Assembly (NCBI GenBank): GCA_964422285.1
Contig: CAYRAX010000001.1
Location: 1 to 47,744 of the forward strand
DNA: 47,744 nt
Origin: an uncultured Chthonomonas sp.
GTDB taxonomy: Bacteria; Armatimonadota; Fimbriimonadia; Fimbriimonadales; Fimbriimonadaceae
Reading direction: 5' to 3'
Part shown: positions 34,233 through 42,595 of the stretch, one piece after another
Layout: the number at the start of each line of letters is the position of its first letter
Numbering within the stretch: the first letter of the stretch is position 1
Program-made: the position numbers and the translations under genes
Notes under the pieces: generated by a model
Database searches by the model: none
Seen by the model: the letters and a program-made list of their open reading frames with translations, nothing else
What the model was told of the DNA's origin: nothing

Positions 34233-35192
34233 ATGAAATCAAAGAGAGTTACCCTGGCCGCGCTGGCCATGGCGTGCTTGGGCAGTGGAGCGAACGCTGT
34301 CCTGTTCGCCGACAATTTTAACACTGACACGTCTGCCAGCTGGGCAGTCAACAAGTCATCGCTGACCGCCGTGAGCAGCGCAACGTTTGGCTTTGACTAC
34401 AGCACCTATGGCATTCCTTCCGCGCCAAATTCAAGCGGCGATACGCACGGATTGAAGATGGATGCGAACACCAATGCGACGACGCAAGCGTTTAGCGGCT
34501 TGAGCGTTTCTCCGCTGGGTCAATCGTTTACGGGCGACTATGAAATGCGCGCTGACGTTTGGATGAACTTCGTCGGACCGGCCCCGGCTGGCGGCAGCGG
34601 TTCGACTCAAGCGGGCGGCATGGGCATCGGCACTGCGGGCAGTACCGCCCAGTGGGCTGGTGGTGCACAAGACAGCATCCACTTCAGCGCAACGACTGAC
34701 GGTAACTCGGCAACCGACTGGCGTGCCTATTCGAGCGCCGCGCCCAGCGCATATGCCGATGCAAGCAGCGTTTACGCGGCTGGCGCGGTAGCGGGCAACC
34801 GAAACAACAGCAATGCTTACTACTCGAGCTTTGTTGGTCAATCCGCTCCATCAGCCCAAACGACGCTTTTCGCGACCCAAACCGGTACCGCGCTGAACGG
34901 CACGCTCGCCTTTGGTTGGCACGACATGCGCGTCAAGCGGGTAGGAAACATTGTCACTTGGTCGGTTGACGGCAAGCTGATCGCGACTGTTGACGCTTCG
35001 ACCGTAACGCTGGGTGGCAACAACATCTTGCTCAACTACTACGACACAAACGGAACCGCCTCAACGGCTGCCAACAAGTTCCTGACCTGCATGATCGTTG
35101 ACAACCTGCAAGTCGTACCAGAGCCGAGCACTTGGCTCGCTCTTGGTCTCGGATCAGCAATGCTGCTCCGACGCCGCGCTCGCAAGTCGTAA
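34233..35192 (+). CDS. PEP-CTERM-anchored secreted protein, LamG/DUF1080-like jelly-roll suspected
   Basis: Signal peptide (LAALAMACLGSGANA), N-terminal FADNFNTD, and C-terminal VDNLQVVPEPSTWLALGLGSAMLLRRRARKS. Confidence 0.8.
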   Translation: MKSKRVTLAALAMACLGSGANAVLFADNFNTDTSASWAVNKSSLTAVSSATFGFDYSTYGIPSAPNSSGDTHGLKMDANTNATTQAFSGLSVSPLGQSFTGDYEMRADVWMNFVGPAPAGGSGSTQAGGMGIGTAGSTAQWAGGAQDSIHFSATTDGNSATDWRAYSSAAPSAYADASSVYAAGAVAGNRNNSNAYYSSFVGQSAPSAQTTLFATQTGTALNGTLAFGWHDMRVKRVGNIVTWSVDGKLIATVDASTVTLGGNNILLNYYDTNGTASTAANKFLTCMIVDNLQVVPEPSTWLALGLGSAMLLRRRARKS

Positions 35193-35218
35193 GGTTCTGC
35201 TTATTTTCCGAGTCGATT

Positions 35219-35257
35219 GTGGGCTATCTCATCGAGGTAGCCCACTTTGTCTTTTTT
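35219..35257 (+). terminator. Rho-independent terminator
   Basis: GTGGGCTA-N11-TAGCCCAC followed by TTTGTCTTTTTT, 27 nt after the stop. Confidence 0.7.
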
Positions 35258-35315
35258 ATTAAACCCGCCGGCCCGGGGCCACTCCCGGCTTGGGACCCCG
35301 TCCCGACACCGTCGG

Positions 35316-35338
35316 GCCGCCCAAGCCACCGCCCCGGC
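35316..35338. repeat. 23-bp direct repeat, copy 1
   Basis: GCCGCCCAAGCCACCGCCCCGGC, identical to 35393-35415. Confidence 0.7.
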
Positions 35339-35392
35339 GGGGATTCGTCCGCGCCACTTTGGTGAGAGCTTGCGAAAGCGATTGGAGAATGA

Positions 35393-35415
35393 GCCGCCCA
35401 AGCCACCGCCCCGGC
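35393..35415. repeat. 23-bp direct repeat, copy 2
   Basis: GCCGCCCAAGCCACCGCCCCGGC, 77 bp after copy 1. Confidence 0.7.
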
Positions 35416-35443
35416 AGGAATCACCCCGAGCCGCCCGCGAAAC

Positions 35444-36997
35444 CTATAGGCCCAACGAAGACCACATTCGGTCAACTTTGTCTTTCACGTCGTCAGCCAT
35501 GCGAATCAGCTTCGGATAGTCGCGGTTGAATCCATTCTCGCCGGGCCATTTGTGGGTGCAATCAAACCCGAGTTTCCCGCCAAAGCCTTCTTGCATGGCG
35601 GCGTGGTCGAGCTGGTCCACGGGTCCGCGCGAATGCAGGGTGTCGCGTCCCGGATCGCAATTCGCACCGACGCGGAACAGCACTTCGCCGATATCCTGAA
35701 CGTTGCAATCCTCGTCAAAAACAAACACCATTTTGGTAAACGCGAGGCCGCCCAGCCCCCAAATCGCGTTCATCACCTTGTAGGCGTGCCCGGGAAACTT
35801 CTTCTTGATCGAAACAAACGCGATGTTGTGGAAGCACGATTCGACCGGCAAATTGATGTCGACAATTTCCGGCACCGTGAGCTGGATCATCGGCAGAAAG
35901 ATGCGCTCGACCGCCTTTCCCATCCAGCCATCTTCCATCGGCGGAATCCCCACGATGGTCGCGGGCCAGACCGGTTTTTGACGGGTCGTTACGCATGTCA
36001 CGTGCAGCACAGGAAACTCTTCCGCCAGCGAATAGTAGCCGGTATGATCGCCGAAGGGGCCCTCAAGTCGTCGCTCGCTCGGGTCAACATAGCCTTCGAT
36101 GACGATTTCTGCATCGGCGGGAACGTGGACATCGACCGTTTTGCATTTCACGGTGCGAACGTTTTCGCGCCGCAAGAATCCAGCAAATAGCATCTCGTCG
36201 ATACCGGGCGGGAGGGGCGAAATCGCGGAAAATGTGTACGCCGGATCGCCGCCGAGAACAACCGCGACCTCGAATCGCTTTCGGCCCGCCGCGCCCGCAT
36301 CTTCCATTTGCCGCATGCCGGTTTTATGCATTTGCCAATGCATGCCGCAAGTGTTTTTGTCGTACAGCATCACCCGGTACATGCCAACGTTTCGCTTGCC
36401 GGTGTTCGGGTCGTGGGTAAAAACAAGCGGCAAAGTGATGTAGGGGCCGCCATCTTCTGGCCAGCAAGTGAGGATCGGAAACTTGGCCAAATCGACCTCG
36501 TCGCCTTCCATGACAACCTCTTGGCACATGCCGGAAGCCGCCTCTTTTGGCGCGACCGACTTCACCTCTTTGCCCATTTCCAGGGCAAACTTGAGCTTTT
36601 CGCCGAGCGACTTGGGGACGTTTCCTGGCGCTTGGAGCAGGTGCCGGATTCGGTCGGCATGCTCATCAAAATCCTCGCATGAAAGGGCCAGCGACATGCG
36701 CCTTCGCGTTCCCATCGTGTTGATCGCGACGGGGTATGGGTACTGCATCGTGCCGGTGGGTCTGGCGGCTGGATCGATGGACGCGTGGTTCATTACCGCG
36801 CTTTTGGGATCGGGTGTACCCATTCGGTGGGGCGGCCCGACGACATTTTCAAAAAGCAATGCCGGACCAAAGGCCTTCATGACGCGATCAGAAATCTCGG
36901 TGATTTCCAGGTACGGGCTCACCGGTTCGGTAATGGACTTGAGCTCGCCCTTTGCGCGCAAAACGTCCAAAAAGTGCTGAAAATCGCGGTAGGCCAT
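35444..36997 (-). CDS. UbiD-family (prenyl-FMN dependent) decarboxylase
   Basis: N-terminus is MAYRDFQHFLDVLRAKGELKSITEPVSPYLEITEI. 517 aa with the UbiD-family layout throughout. Confidence 0.85.
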   Translation of the reverse strand: MAYRDFQHFLDVLRAKGELKSITEPVSPYLEITEISDRVMKAFGPALLFENVVGPPHRMGTPDPKSAVMNHASIDPAARPTGTMQYPYPVAINTMGTRRRMSLALSCEDFDEHADRIRHLLQAPGNVPKSLGEKLKFALEMGKEVKSVAPKEAASGMCQEVVMEGDEVDLAKFPILTCWPEDGGPYITLPLVFTHDPNTGKRNVGMYRVMLYDKNTCGMHWQMHKTGMRQMEDAGAAGRKRFEVAVVLGGDPAYTFSAISPLPPGIDEMLFAGFLRRENVRTVKCKTVDVHVPADAEIVIEGYVDPSERRLEGPFGDHTGYYSLAEEFPVLHVTCVTTRQKPVWPATIVGIPPMEDGWMGKAVERIFLPMIQLTVPEIVDINLPVESCFHNIAFVSIKKKFPGHAYKVMNAIWGLGGLAFTKMVFVFDEDCNVQDIGEVLFRVGANCDPGRDTLHSRGPVDQLDHAAMQEGFGGKLGFDCTHKWPGENGFNRDYPKLIRMADDVKDKVDRMWSSLGL

Positions 36998-36999
36998 GG

Positions 37000-37037
37000 G
37001 TACGCCCGAGTTTACAAGAATTGCGTTTCGGGCGTAC
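37000..37037 (-). promoter_or_regulatory. 10-bp perfect hairpin between module 2 and the ubiD-family start codon
   Basis: GTACGCCCGA-N18-TCGGGCGTAC. It ends 3 nt upstream of ATG 36997. Confidence 0.4.
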
Positions 37038-37054
37038 GAATCAGCGGCTGTTCT

Positions 37055-38701
37055 TTAGTTCGCGGCCCAGGTGCAGGTCACGTCGCTCGAGATCAGCGAC
37101 CTTGTTGGCGGTGGTGCGCTCGGGTTGGGGTCTCGCGTGTTGTTCGCCGTGCCACCGTTAGTTTTGTTGTAGAATGTGCCGCTCTCGGTTCCCGCAATCG
37201 CGATCTTCTTCGAAGAGCTTAACTTGAACGTCGAGCCCGAGGCAAATACAGTCGCATCAGCTCCACCAATTCGCATCATGTCGACTCCCGAGGCCGCTGT
37301 GAGCGTGCTTGCGGTGAACGTCATGTCGGAATTTTCCGCTACTACTGGAATGTCCATGAGGTAATGCCCGGCCACTGCCGATAGATGGCAAGAGTTGAAC
37401 ACAACGCCATCGAACTGATAGAACGAGGGTGATCCGGTCCCAAATGCGAGAGTATTATTGGATGAGGCAGTACACACGATGTCACAGTCGGTGAATGCGA
37501 CATCTTCCATGAAATATGCCATCGATGGCGACGTATCCTCGTATGAGTAAATCTCGATGTGGTCGATGCGACAAGACTCGATCGACGCTTCTTTCACTTG
37601 CCCCTGAACTGCCAGCTTGTAAATCGACGAATTGCTTATTGTTATTTTTGTTCCGCCCAATCGCCAAGAAGAGTTGCCGAATTGCAGGGATTGGCCCTCG
37701 GCACAGGCAACCATGTCCACGGTTCCATTGTAAGAGTCCCCTCCGTGAATGTCAAATACGGCGGCCGAGATAAGGCTGTTGCCTGCCGCGCCCGAAATAC
37801 TAAATCCGGTGCATCCTGCCTCCAATTGACAGGCGTACCGCGCGTCGCAAGCCGAAACTTGGTTGGCCTTCACGTTCGCACATTGTTGCAATTGCAACGA
37901 ATATCCGTTGCCCGACGAGCCAGACTTGCCGACTCCCATCGCGTAGTGATCGATGATTTCGACGTCTTTACAGTAGTGAATGGATGTCCCTGTACTCCAA
38001 CTGTTGCCAACCCGACAATTTTGCATTGAAAGGCCAGCGACAAAGCGAATGTTAAGCGCCGCTAACGTTCCTTTGTCGTTCGCCCGATCTCGGATTCCGG
38101 TCACTCGTAGGCCGCGAATGCCGATGTTTTGCAGCACTTTGCCGTTGGGCGAGTTGCTCAGGCGAGAGCCGGCGGGATAGTCGCGGCCGACGTTTTGGTA
38201 AAAAACAACGTTCCAGGTGCTGGCGTCGATTTGTTCGACGGTGTTAACCTGCACCAGTTCGCCGCCGATGGGGCGATAAGTGCTCGTGTTTTGGTAGCGT
38301 TCTTGCCGCTGAAAGTCAATGAGGAAATACCATTCCCCCGCCACCGGTGCCGAGCCAGTAACGTCCACAAAGTTGTCACCTTCGGCGATCGCGACTGACA
38401 GCACGGGTCCGCTTTCGTCTATGTCTTGAATGACGTCTCCAACATTGAGCGGAGCCGAAGCAGTGGGAGGAGTGTACGTAGAGTTCGCTTTCGCCCGTAT
38501 TGACGATCCACGCGCCCACGTGATGACCATGTTGGACAAGTCAACAGGTACAACAACGGTTCCGGCGGTGAAGCTGATCTCCGTGCATCTGACAAAGTAG
38601 GTCCCGCGAATGTTAAAGTACAGTGACGCTGCGCGCCCGTGCCGTGAGCGCTCGATGCGGGCATTCAAGACGCTCACGGAGCGTAACATAGAATTACGCA
38701 T
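37055..38701 (-). CDS. Module 2 protein C: right-handed parallel beta-helix protein, no signal peptide
   Basis: Paralogue of 12861..14507 (GGELVQV, DIHGGDSYNG, TFYNKTNGGT, GEWYFL). I set the start at ATG 38701 (GAAGG upstream); the track ORF start 38752 would overlap protein B by 38 nt. Confidence 0.75.
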   Translation of the reverse strand: MRNSMLRSVSVLNARIERSRHGRAASLYFNIRGTYFVRCTEISFTAGTVVVPVDLSNMVITWARGSSIRAKANSTYTPPTASAPLNVGDVIQDIDESGPVLSVAIAEGDNFVDVTGSAPVAGEWYFLIDFQRQERYQNTSTYRPIGGELVQVNTVEQIDASTWNVVFYQNVGRDYPAGSRLSNSPNGKVLQNIGIRGLRVTGIRDRANDKGTLAALNIRFVAGLSMQNCRVGNSWSTGTSIHYCKDVEIIDHYAMGVGKSGSSGNGYSLQLQQCANVKANQVSACDARYACQLEAGCTGFSISGAAGNSLISAAVFDIHGGDSYNGTVDMVACAEGQSLQFGNSSWRLGGTKITISNSSIYKLAVQGQVKEASIESCRIDHIEIYSYEDTSPSMAYFMEDVAFTDCDIVCTASSNNTLAFGTGSPSFYQFDGVVFNSCHLSAVAGHYLMDIPVVAENSDMTFTASTLTAASGVDMMRIGGADATVFASGSTFKLSSSKKIAIAGTESGTFYNKTNGGTANNTRDPNPSAPPPTRSLISSDVTCTWAAN

Positions 38702-38714
38702 GCGCTGCCTTCGG

Positions 38715-39521
38715 TTACGCACGCCGAGGTCTCCTTGAAAGTAATAGGGCACTGACTCCTAACGTAACTCCCACCGCACTACTCGGTTCTGGCACGGCCT
38801 GAAGAGTCACATCGTCCACGAGCATGCCTGGAATACCTTGGTCCACTGGGTATTCATCGGCGTAGTTGGCTGTTGTAGAAACTCCAAAACTAAATCTTTC
38901 CACTTTGTACGGAGGTGGAGTCTGCCCTGTGACAAAAGTGCGCGAATCCATCAGCTTCCAATTGTAATAAAGGTAGGTCTTTTTTGACGTCCAATCTATA
39001 CGAACTCTTAGCTCATTCCAAGCGTCCCGAGTCACAACTAATGCCTGCGGCTGCGCGCCGAGTCTTCTAAAAGTGTTGTTGAATAGGTCAATCTGCGCGA
39101 TACCATCTGCTGAATTCCCTCCGTTGAAGAGCGATGTGTGTAGGCCGAATGTCAGGATGGTTTTGACGTTGTAAGATTTCGGCACTGCAAATCGAAAAGC
39201 CATATCCACAACGGGATGCGAAATGCTGTTTGAGTTCAAACTGTGTCGCAGATTGCGATTGCCCTTGATCGCGCTCCCTCGAAAGTCGTACATCTGGTTG
39301 CCGCTGTAGGGCGAGACTCCATCTTTCGGCCCTTCGACGACGGTCGGAAATCGTTCGCCGGCGTCAAGGTCAATATCAAAGTCGCCGAATGAGTAAAGCG
39401 CATCCCAATCCTGGGTTCCGGGGCGATAAGATTCCCAATCGTCGTGGAACAGGGTTTGGGCGTTTGTGATCGACGCAACGGCAAGAGTGCAAAAAGCAAT
39501 CGAAATAGATTTGAATTTCAT
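38715..39521 (-). CDS. Module 2 protein B: secreted PEP-CTERM protein, lectin/LamG-like jelly-roll suspected
   Basis: ATG 39521 lies 5 nt after AAGGAGG. Signal peptide MKFKSISIAFCTLAVASITNAQ, and C-terminal VPEPSSAVGVTLGVSALLLSRRPRR. The track ORF start 39617 lies inside protein A. Confidence 0.8.
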   Translation of the reverse strand: MKFKSISIAFCTLAVASITNAQTLFHDDWESYRPGTQDWDALYSFGDFDIDLDAGERFPTVVEGPKDGVSPYSGNQMYDFRGSAIKGNRNLRHSLNSNSISHPVVDMAFRFAVPKSYNVKTILTFGLHTSLFNGGNSADGIAQIDLFNNTFRRLGAQPQALVVTRDAWNELRVRIDWTSKKTYLYYNWKLMDSRTFVTGQTPPPYKVERFSFGVSTTANYADEYPVDQGIPGMLVDDVTLQAVPEPSSAVGVTLGVSALLLSRRPRRA

Positions 39522-39531
39522 TGTGTCCTCC

Positions 39532-40461
39532 TTAAAGGAATCGTTGCAAGTAAACGTACACCGCGATTTCGTAAGTTTGGCTTGTTGAAAAATAGACTCG
39601 ATACTTTCCTGGATCAAGTTCTACATGATTAGCTGAAACATAAGGGCCAGCAAAAAAGAATGTTTCTTGGACATTCGCGTTTGCTGAAACAATCAAGGTT
39701 GGATCGTTCGTGTACGTGGTCGGGTATGCGGTTACGGTCAGGTCTCCATCGACTTCTCCATTTAGATTCCACCGCACGAACAGCCGAGTCAGTCCCGCTC
39801 CAGAAACGTCAATGTCCACGTACTGCGGCGTTTCATCGGTGATCACTGAATCCCAAATTTGTGCCGCCGGTTCGATGCATGTCCCCGTGTTGCGCGCCGG
39901 TTGCTCCACTCCGTTCGGGCCAAGAATCACCGGTCCTGGCTGGATTGTCAACCCGTAGCTTAGAGGACTGTAACCTGTTTCCGGAGTGCTCACGTTTGCT
40001 GCGGGCGATCCTTCCACGACAAGCATTGGGCCGCCTTGGAGTACACCGCGAAACTCCACCGCATCAACCCACATGCTGTCCGTGCCAAACAGGAGGTACC
40101 CTACTGTTTCGGGATCTGAAGAGGCACTAACCGAAACAACTGCATCGGAAGTCCCAGGGGGTATCAGTGCGATGCCACTAGCGCTGAAAAACGTGCCCAC
40201 AAGTGTCGCATTCTCCTGTGACGCCATTTGAATAACATAGGACATCGGCGACATTGCAATGCCGCTCCACAATGTGTTGATCAACGGCTCGACAGTGACG
40301 TGAGCATCGCCGGAAGATGAGAGCCAATACGTCGCTTGTGTCGCCGTTAGGTCGCCAGTTGTGCCCGGGTCCACGGCGAGAGTTGCCCCAATGCCGCTCG
40401 AATTGATAAACACGGCTAATTGATTGGAGCCAAGATTATGAAAACGATAACCTAGCCCCAC
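39532..40461 (-). CDS. Module 2 protein A, long part (309 aa as called), unknown function
   Basis: The called GTG start has no SD, and the frame stays open upstream through the poly-G tract. Paralogue of 15298..16143. Confidence 0.65.
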   Translation of the reverse strand: MGLGYRFHNLGSNQLAVFINSSGIGATLAVDPGTTGDLTATQATYWLSSSGDAHVTVEPLINTLWSGIAMSPMSYVIQMASQENATLVGTFFSASGIALIPPGTSDAVVSVSASSDPETVGYLLFGTDSMWVDAVEFRGVLQGGPMLVVEGSPAANVSTPETGYSPLSYGLTIQPGPVILGPNGVEQPARNTGTCIEPAAQIWDSVITDETPQYVDIDVSGAGLTRLFVRWNLNGEVDGDLTVTAYPTTYTNDPTLIVSANANVQETFFFAGPYVSANHVELDPGKYRVYFSTSQTYEIAVYVYLQRFL

Positions 40462-40562
40462 GGTAAAAGCAAATGGAACCCTAGCTGCCCCCCCCCAGTA
40501 ATTTTAACAGGTGTTCCGATAGGTTTTGACGTTTGCTGAACGTATGTAGACGGTATTGACAA
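40452..40562 (-). CDS. Module 2 SD-bearing short ORF (36 aa) running through the poly-G tract; probable true 5' end of protein A
   Basis: GGGAGG (40569-40574) lies 6 nt before TTG 40562. Translation: MSIPSTYVQQTSKPIGTPVKITGGG, then out-of-frame QLGFHLLLPWG and a stop. Confidence 0.45.
   Translation of the reverse strand: MSIPSTYVQQTSKPIGTPVKITGGGQLGFHLLLPWG
40488..40496 (-). repeat. Homopolymer: 9 C on plus strand = G9 on the minus coding strand
   Basis: Counted directly: agctg-CCCCCCCCC-agtaa. Confidence 0.95.
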
Positions 40563-40607
40563 TTATTTCCTCCCTAAACACCTCGGCACCATCCGAGGGA
40601 CAAGAGA

Positions 40608-40636
40608 ATATTACAACACTATTGATGATAAAGCAA
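40608..40636 (-). promoter_or_regulatory. Sigma70-like promoter of module 2
   Basis: Minus strand reads TTGCTT, an exact 17-nt spacer, then TAATAT. A 5'UTR hairpin CCTCGG-N6-CCGAGG precedes the SD. Confidence 0.4.
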
Positions 40637-40745
40637 GTGAAAATGCAAATTTTCTTACACCTTCGTGTCACCGCCAAATTATCGGGACGCACGCGCGCAG
40701 CCATTGATCCGTCCCCTCGCCAGCAGAATGGGATAAGCTAGCAAA

Positions 40746-41258
40746 ATGCTGACAAGCCTAGCTCTTCTCGTCGTTGGTCAAACGGCATCGTTCACCGGAC
40801 CGCAAATTGTCATTACCGTTCAAAAGCGCGGCACAATCGTGATCGCCACTGACCCCAAAACCGCGCCGAAAACGGTCGCCCAAATCACCAGCTTGGTGAA
40901 AAAGAAGTTTTATGACGGCCAGACCTTCCACCGCGTGGAGCCATGGGTCATCCAGTGGGGCGACCCCGCCAGCCGAAAAATCGACAATCCCGAAGCGGGC
41001 AGCGGCGGCAGCGGCAAGAACATGCCTTTCGAAGCCAGCAAAGTGAGTTTTGAGCGCGGCATCGTGGGCATCGCATCGACCGGCATGAAGGTCGGCGGCG
41101 ACTCGCAGATTTTCATCCTCGTCAAGGGCGCGCCACACCTGAATGGCAACTATGCGGTGCTGGGCAAGGTGGTTTCGGGCATGGACGTTGTCGACAAGAT
41201 ACAGCGCAACGACCGCATTGTTTCGATCAAGCTGAAAGTTCCGGCTAAGAAGCGCTGA
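40746..41258 (+). CDS. Peptidyl-prolyl cis-trans isomerase, cyclophilin type
   Basis: FYDGQTFHRVEPWVIQWGDP, GIVGIAS and FILVKGAPHLNGNYAVLGKVVSGMDVVDKI. Confidence 0.85.
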   Translation: MLTSLALLVVGQTASFTGPQIVITVQKRGTIVIATDPKTAPKTVAQITSLVKKKFYDGQTFHRVEPWVIQWGDPASRKIDNPEAGSGGSGKNMPFEASKVSFERGIVGIASTGMKVGGDSQIFILVKGAPHLNGNYAVLGKVVSGMDVVDKIQRNDRIVSIKLKVPAKKR

Positions 41259-42064
41259 TGGCGTTTGATGAATCGTTCGACGAGGCGTGGCGGTTGCGCT
41301 ACGGGGTGCCAGCTCCAGCAGAAAATGCGGATCTGGCCCCGTTTTTGCGGCATCGCTCGGTGCGAAAATTCTCGGACCAAGCGGTGCCCGAATCGTTGGT
41401 AGCCAGTCTGATCGGGTGCGCCCAAAGCGCTTCGACGAGCAGCAATTTGCAGCTTTGGTCGGTCGTTTCTGTGCAAGATGCGGACCGCCGAGCGCGGATC
41501 GCCGAGCTTTGCGCCGATCAAGCCCAAGTGCGCAATGCGCCGTGGTTCTTGTGCTTTATCGCCGACCATTATCGGATTCGCGAAGCCGCCGATCAACAGG
41601 GCGAACGCTGCGAGGGTCTGGATTTCACCGAGTTCATGCTGATGGCGTGCATGGATGCGGCTCTGGCGGCCGAGCGCCTGGTTTGTGCTGCCGAAGCGGT
41701 GGGGCTGGGCGTTTGCTATATCGGCGCGCTGCGAAATCATGTCGAGCAGGTCGCCGACTTTCTCGATCTGCCGGCGGGCGCATTCGGCGTTTTTGGGCTA
41801 TGCCTCGGCTACCCCAGCGAGAAAGAAACAAGCGGGATCAAACCTCGGCTGGGGCAGGATCAAATTTGGCACCGCGAAACTTACTGCCAAGAGGTCAACG
41901 TCTCAGATTATGATCAGCGCATGACCGCGTTCTATGCGTCACAACAACTTTCAACGTCGAGCACCTGGACACAAAAGAGCGCGAGACGGCTTGATGGCGA
42001 CCACATGACCGGTCGCGAAATTTTGCGCGGTTGGTTGACCAAAATAGGAATGGGGACGCGTTAA
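41258..42064 (+). CDS. NfsA-like NADPH nitroreductase
   Basis: RHRSVRKFSDQAVPESLVASLIGCAQSASTSSNLQLWSVVSV and LGVCYIGALRN. Confidence 0.8.
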   Translation: MAFDESFDEAWRLRYGVPAPAENADLAPFLRHRSVRKFSDQAVPESLVASLIGCAQSASTSSNLQLWSVVSVQDADRRARIAELCADQAQVRNAPWFLCFIADHYRIREAADQQGERCEGLDFTEFMLMACMDAALAAERLVCAAEAVGLGVCYIGALRNHVEQVADFLDLPAGAFGVFGLCLGYPSEKETSGIKPRLGQDQIWHRETYCQEVNVSDYDQRMTAFYASQQLSTSSTWTQKSARRLDGDHMTGREILRGWLTKIGMGTR

Positions 42065-42085
42065 CGTTCGAACGAGGATATAAAG

Positions 42086-42589
42086 ATGAAGTATTTCGTG
42101 GTGATGCCCGATGGGCAAAAGTTCGGCCCGGCCGACGTTGATGTACTCACCCAGTGGGCACACGAAGGGCGATTAACCCAGCAAACGATCTTGCAAGATG
42201 CAACAACGGGCACGACTGTCCCGGCTGGAAATGTGCCTGGAATCATGTTTCCGTTGGCGCAACAACAGACTCCGCCCACGTACGCGCCGCCAGGACAATT
42301 TAGCCAGCCGCCAGGCTATTCACCCTATGAAAGGCAATTCGCACCGGGTGGCGGCGTCGGGAAGAACGAAGTTCTGTGGGGGTGGGTTATGTTTGCTTTG
42401 AGTCTCACGTGCTTGGGTTGCATAGGCTCCCTGATTGGGTCGTACTTTTCGAAGAAGGCAATGCAAATGGGCAACCCAGACGGCAGGGCACCCTATATCG
42501 CCAACAACATCGTCACCGGTCTTTCGCTTGTGGTTGCAGTGCTTTGGTGTCTACTCTTCTTCATCGGCTTCAGTGCTGGGCCTCGTTGA
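42086..42589 (+). CDS. GYF_2 (DUF4339)-like domain protein with Pro/Gln linker and two C-terminal TM helices
   Basis: N-terminus is MKYFVVMPDGQKFGPADVDVLTQWAHEGRLTQQTIL. A PPxY-rich linker follows, then two hydrophobic helices. Confidence 0.6.
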   Translation: MKYFVVMPDGQKFGPADVDVLTQWAHEGRLTQQTILQDATTGTTVPAGNVPGIMFPLAQQQTPPTYAPPGQFSQPPGYSPYERQFAPGGGVGKNEVLWGWVMFALSLTCLGCIGSLIGSYFSKKAMQMGNPDGRAPYIANNIVTGLSLVVAVLWCLLFFIGFSAGPR

Positions 42590-42595
42590 TAGACA

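Noticed and set aside
40504-40704. 66-aa minus-strand ORF upstream of module 2
   Set aside because: It spans the predicted promoter, 5'UTR hairpin and SD of module 2, is in a different frame from the SD-coupled TTG start, is AT-rich and has no SD of its own.
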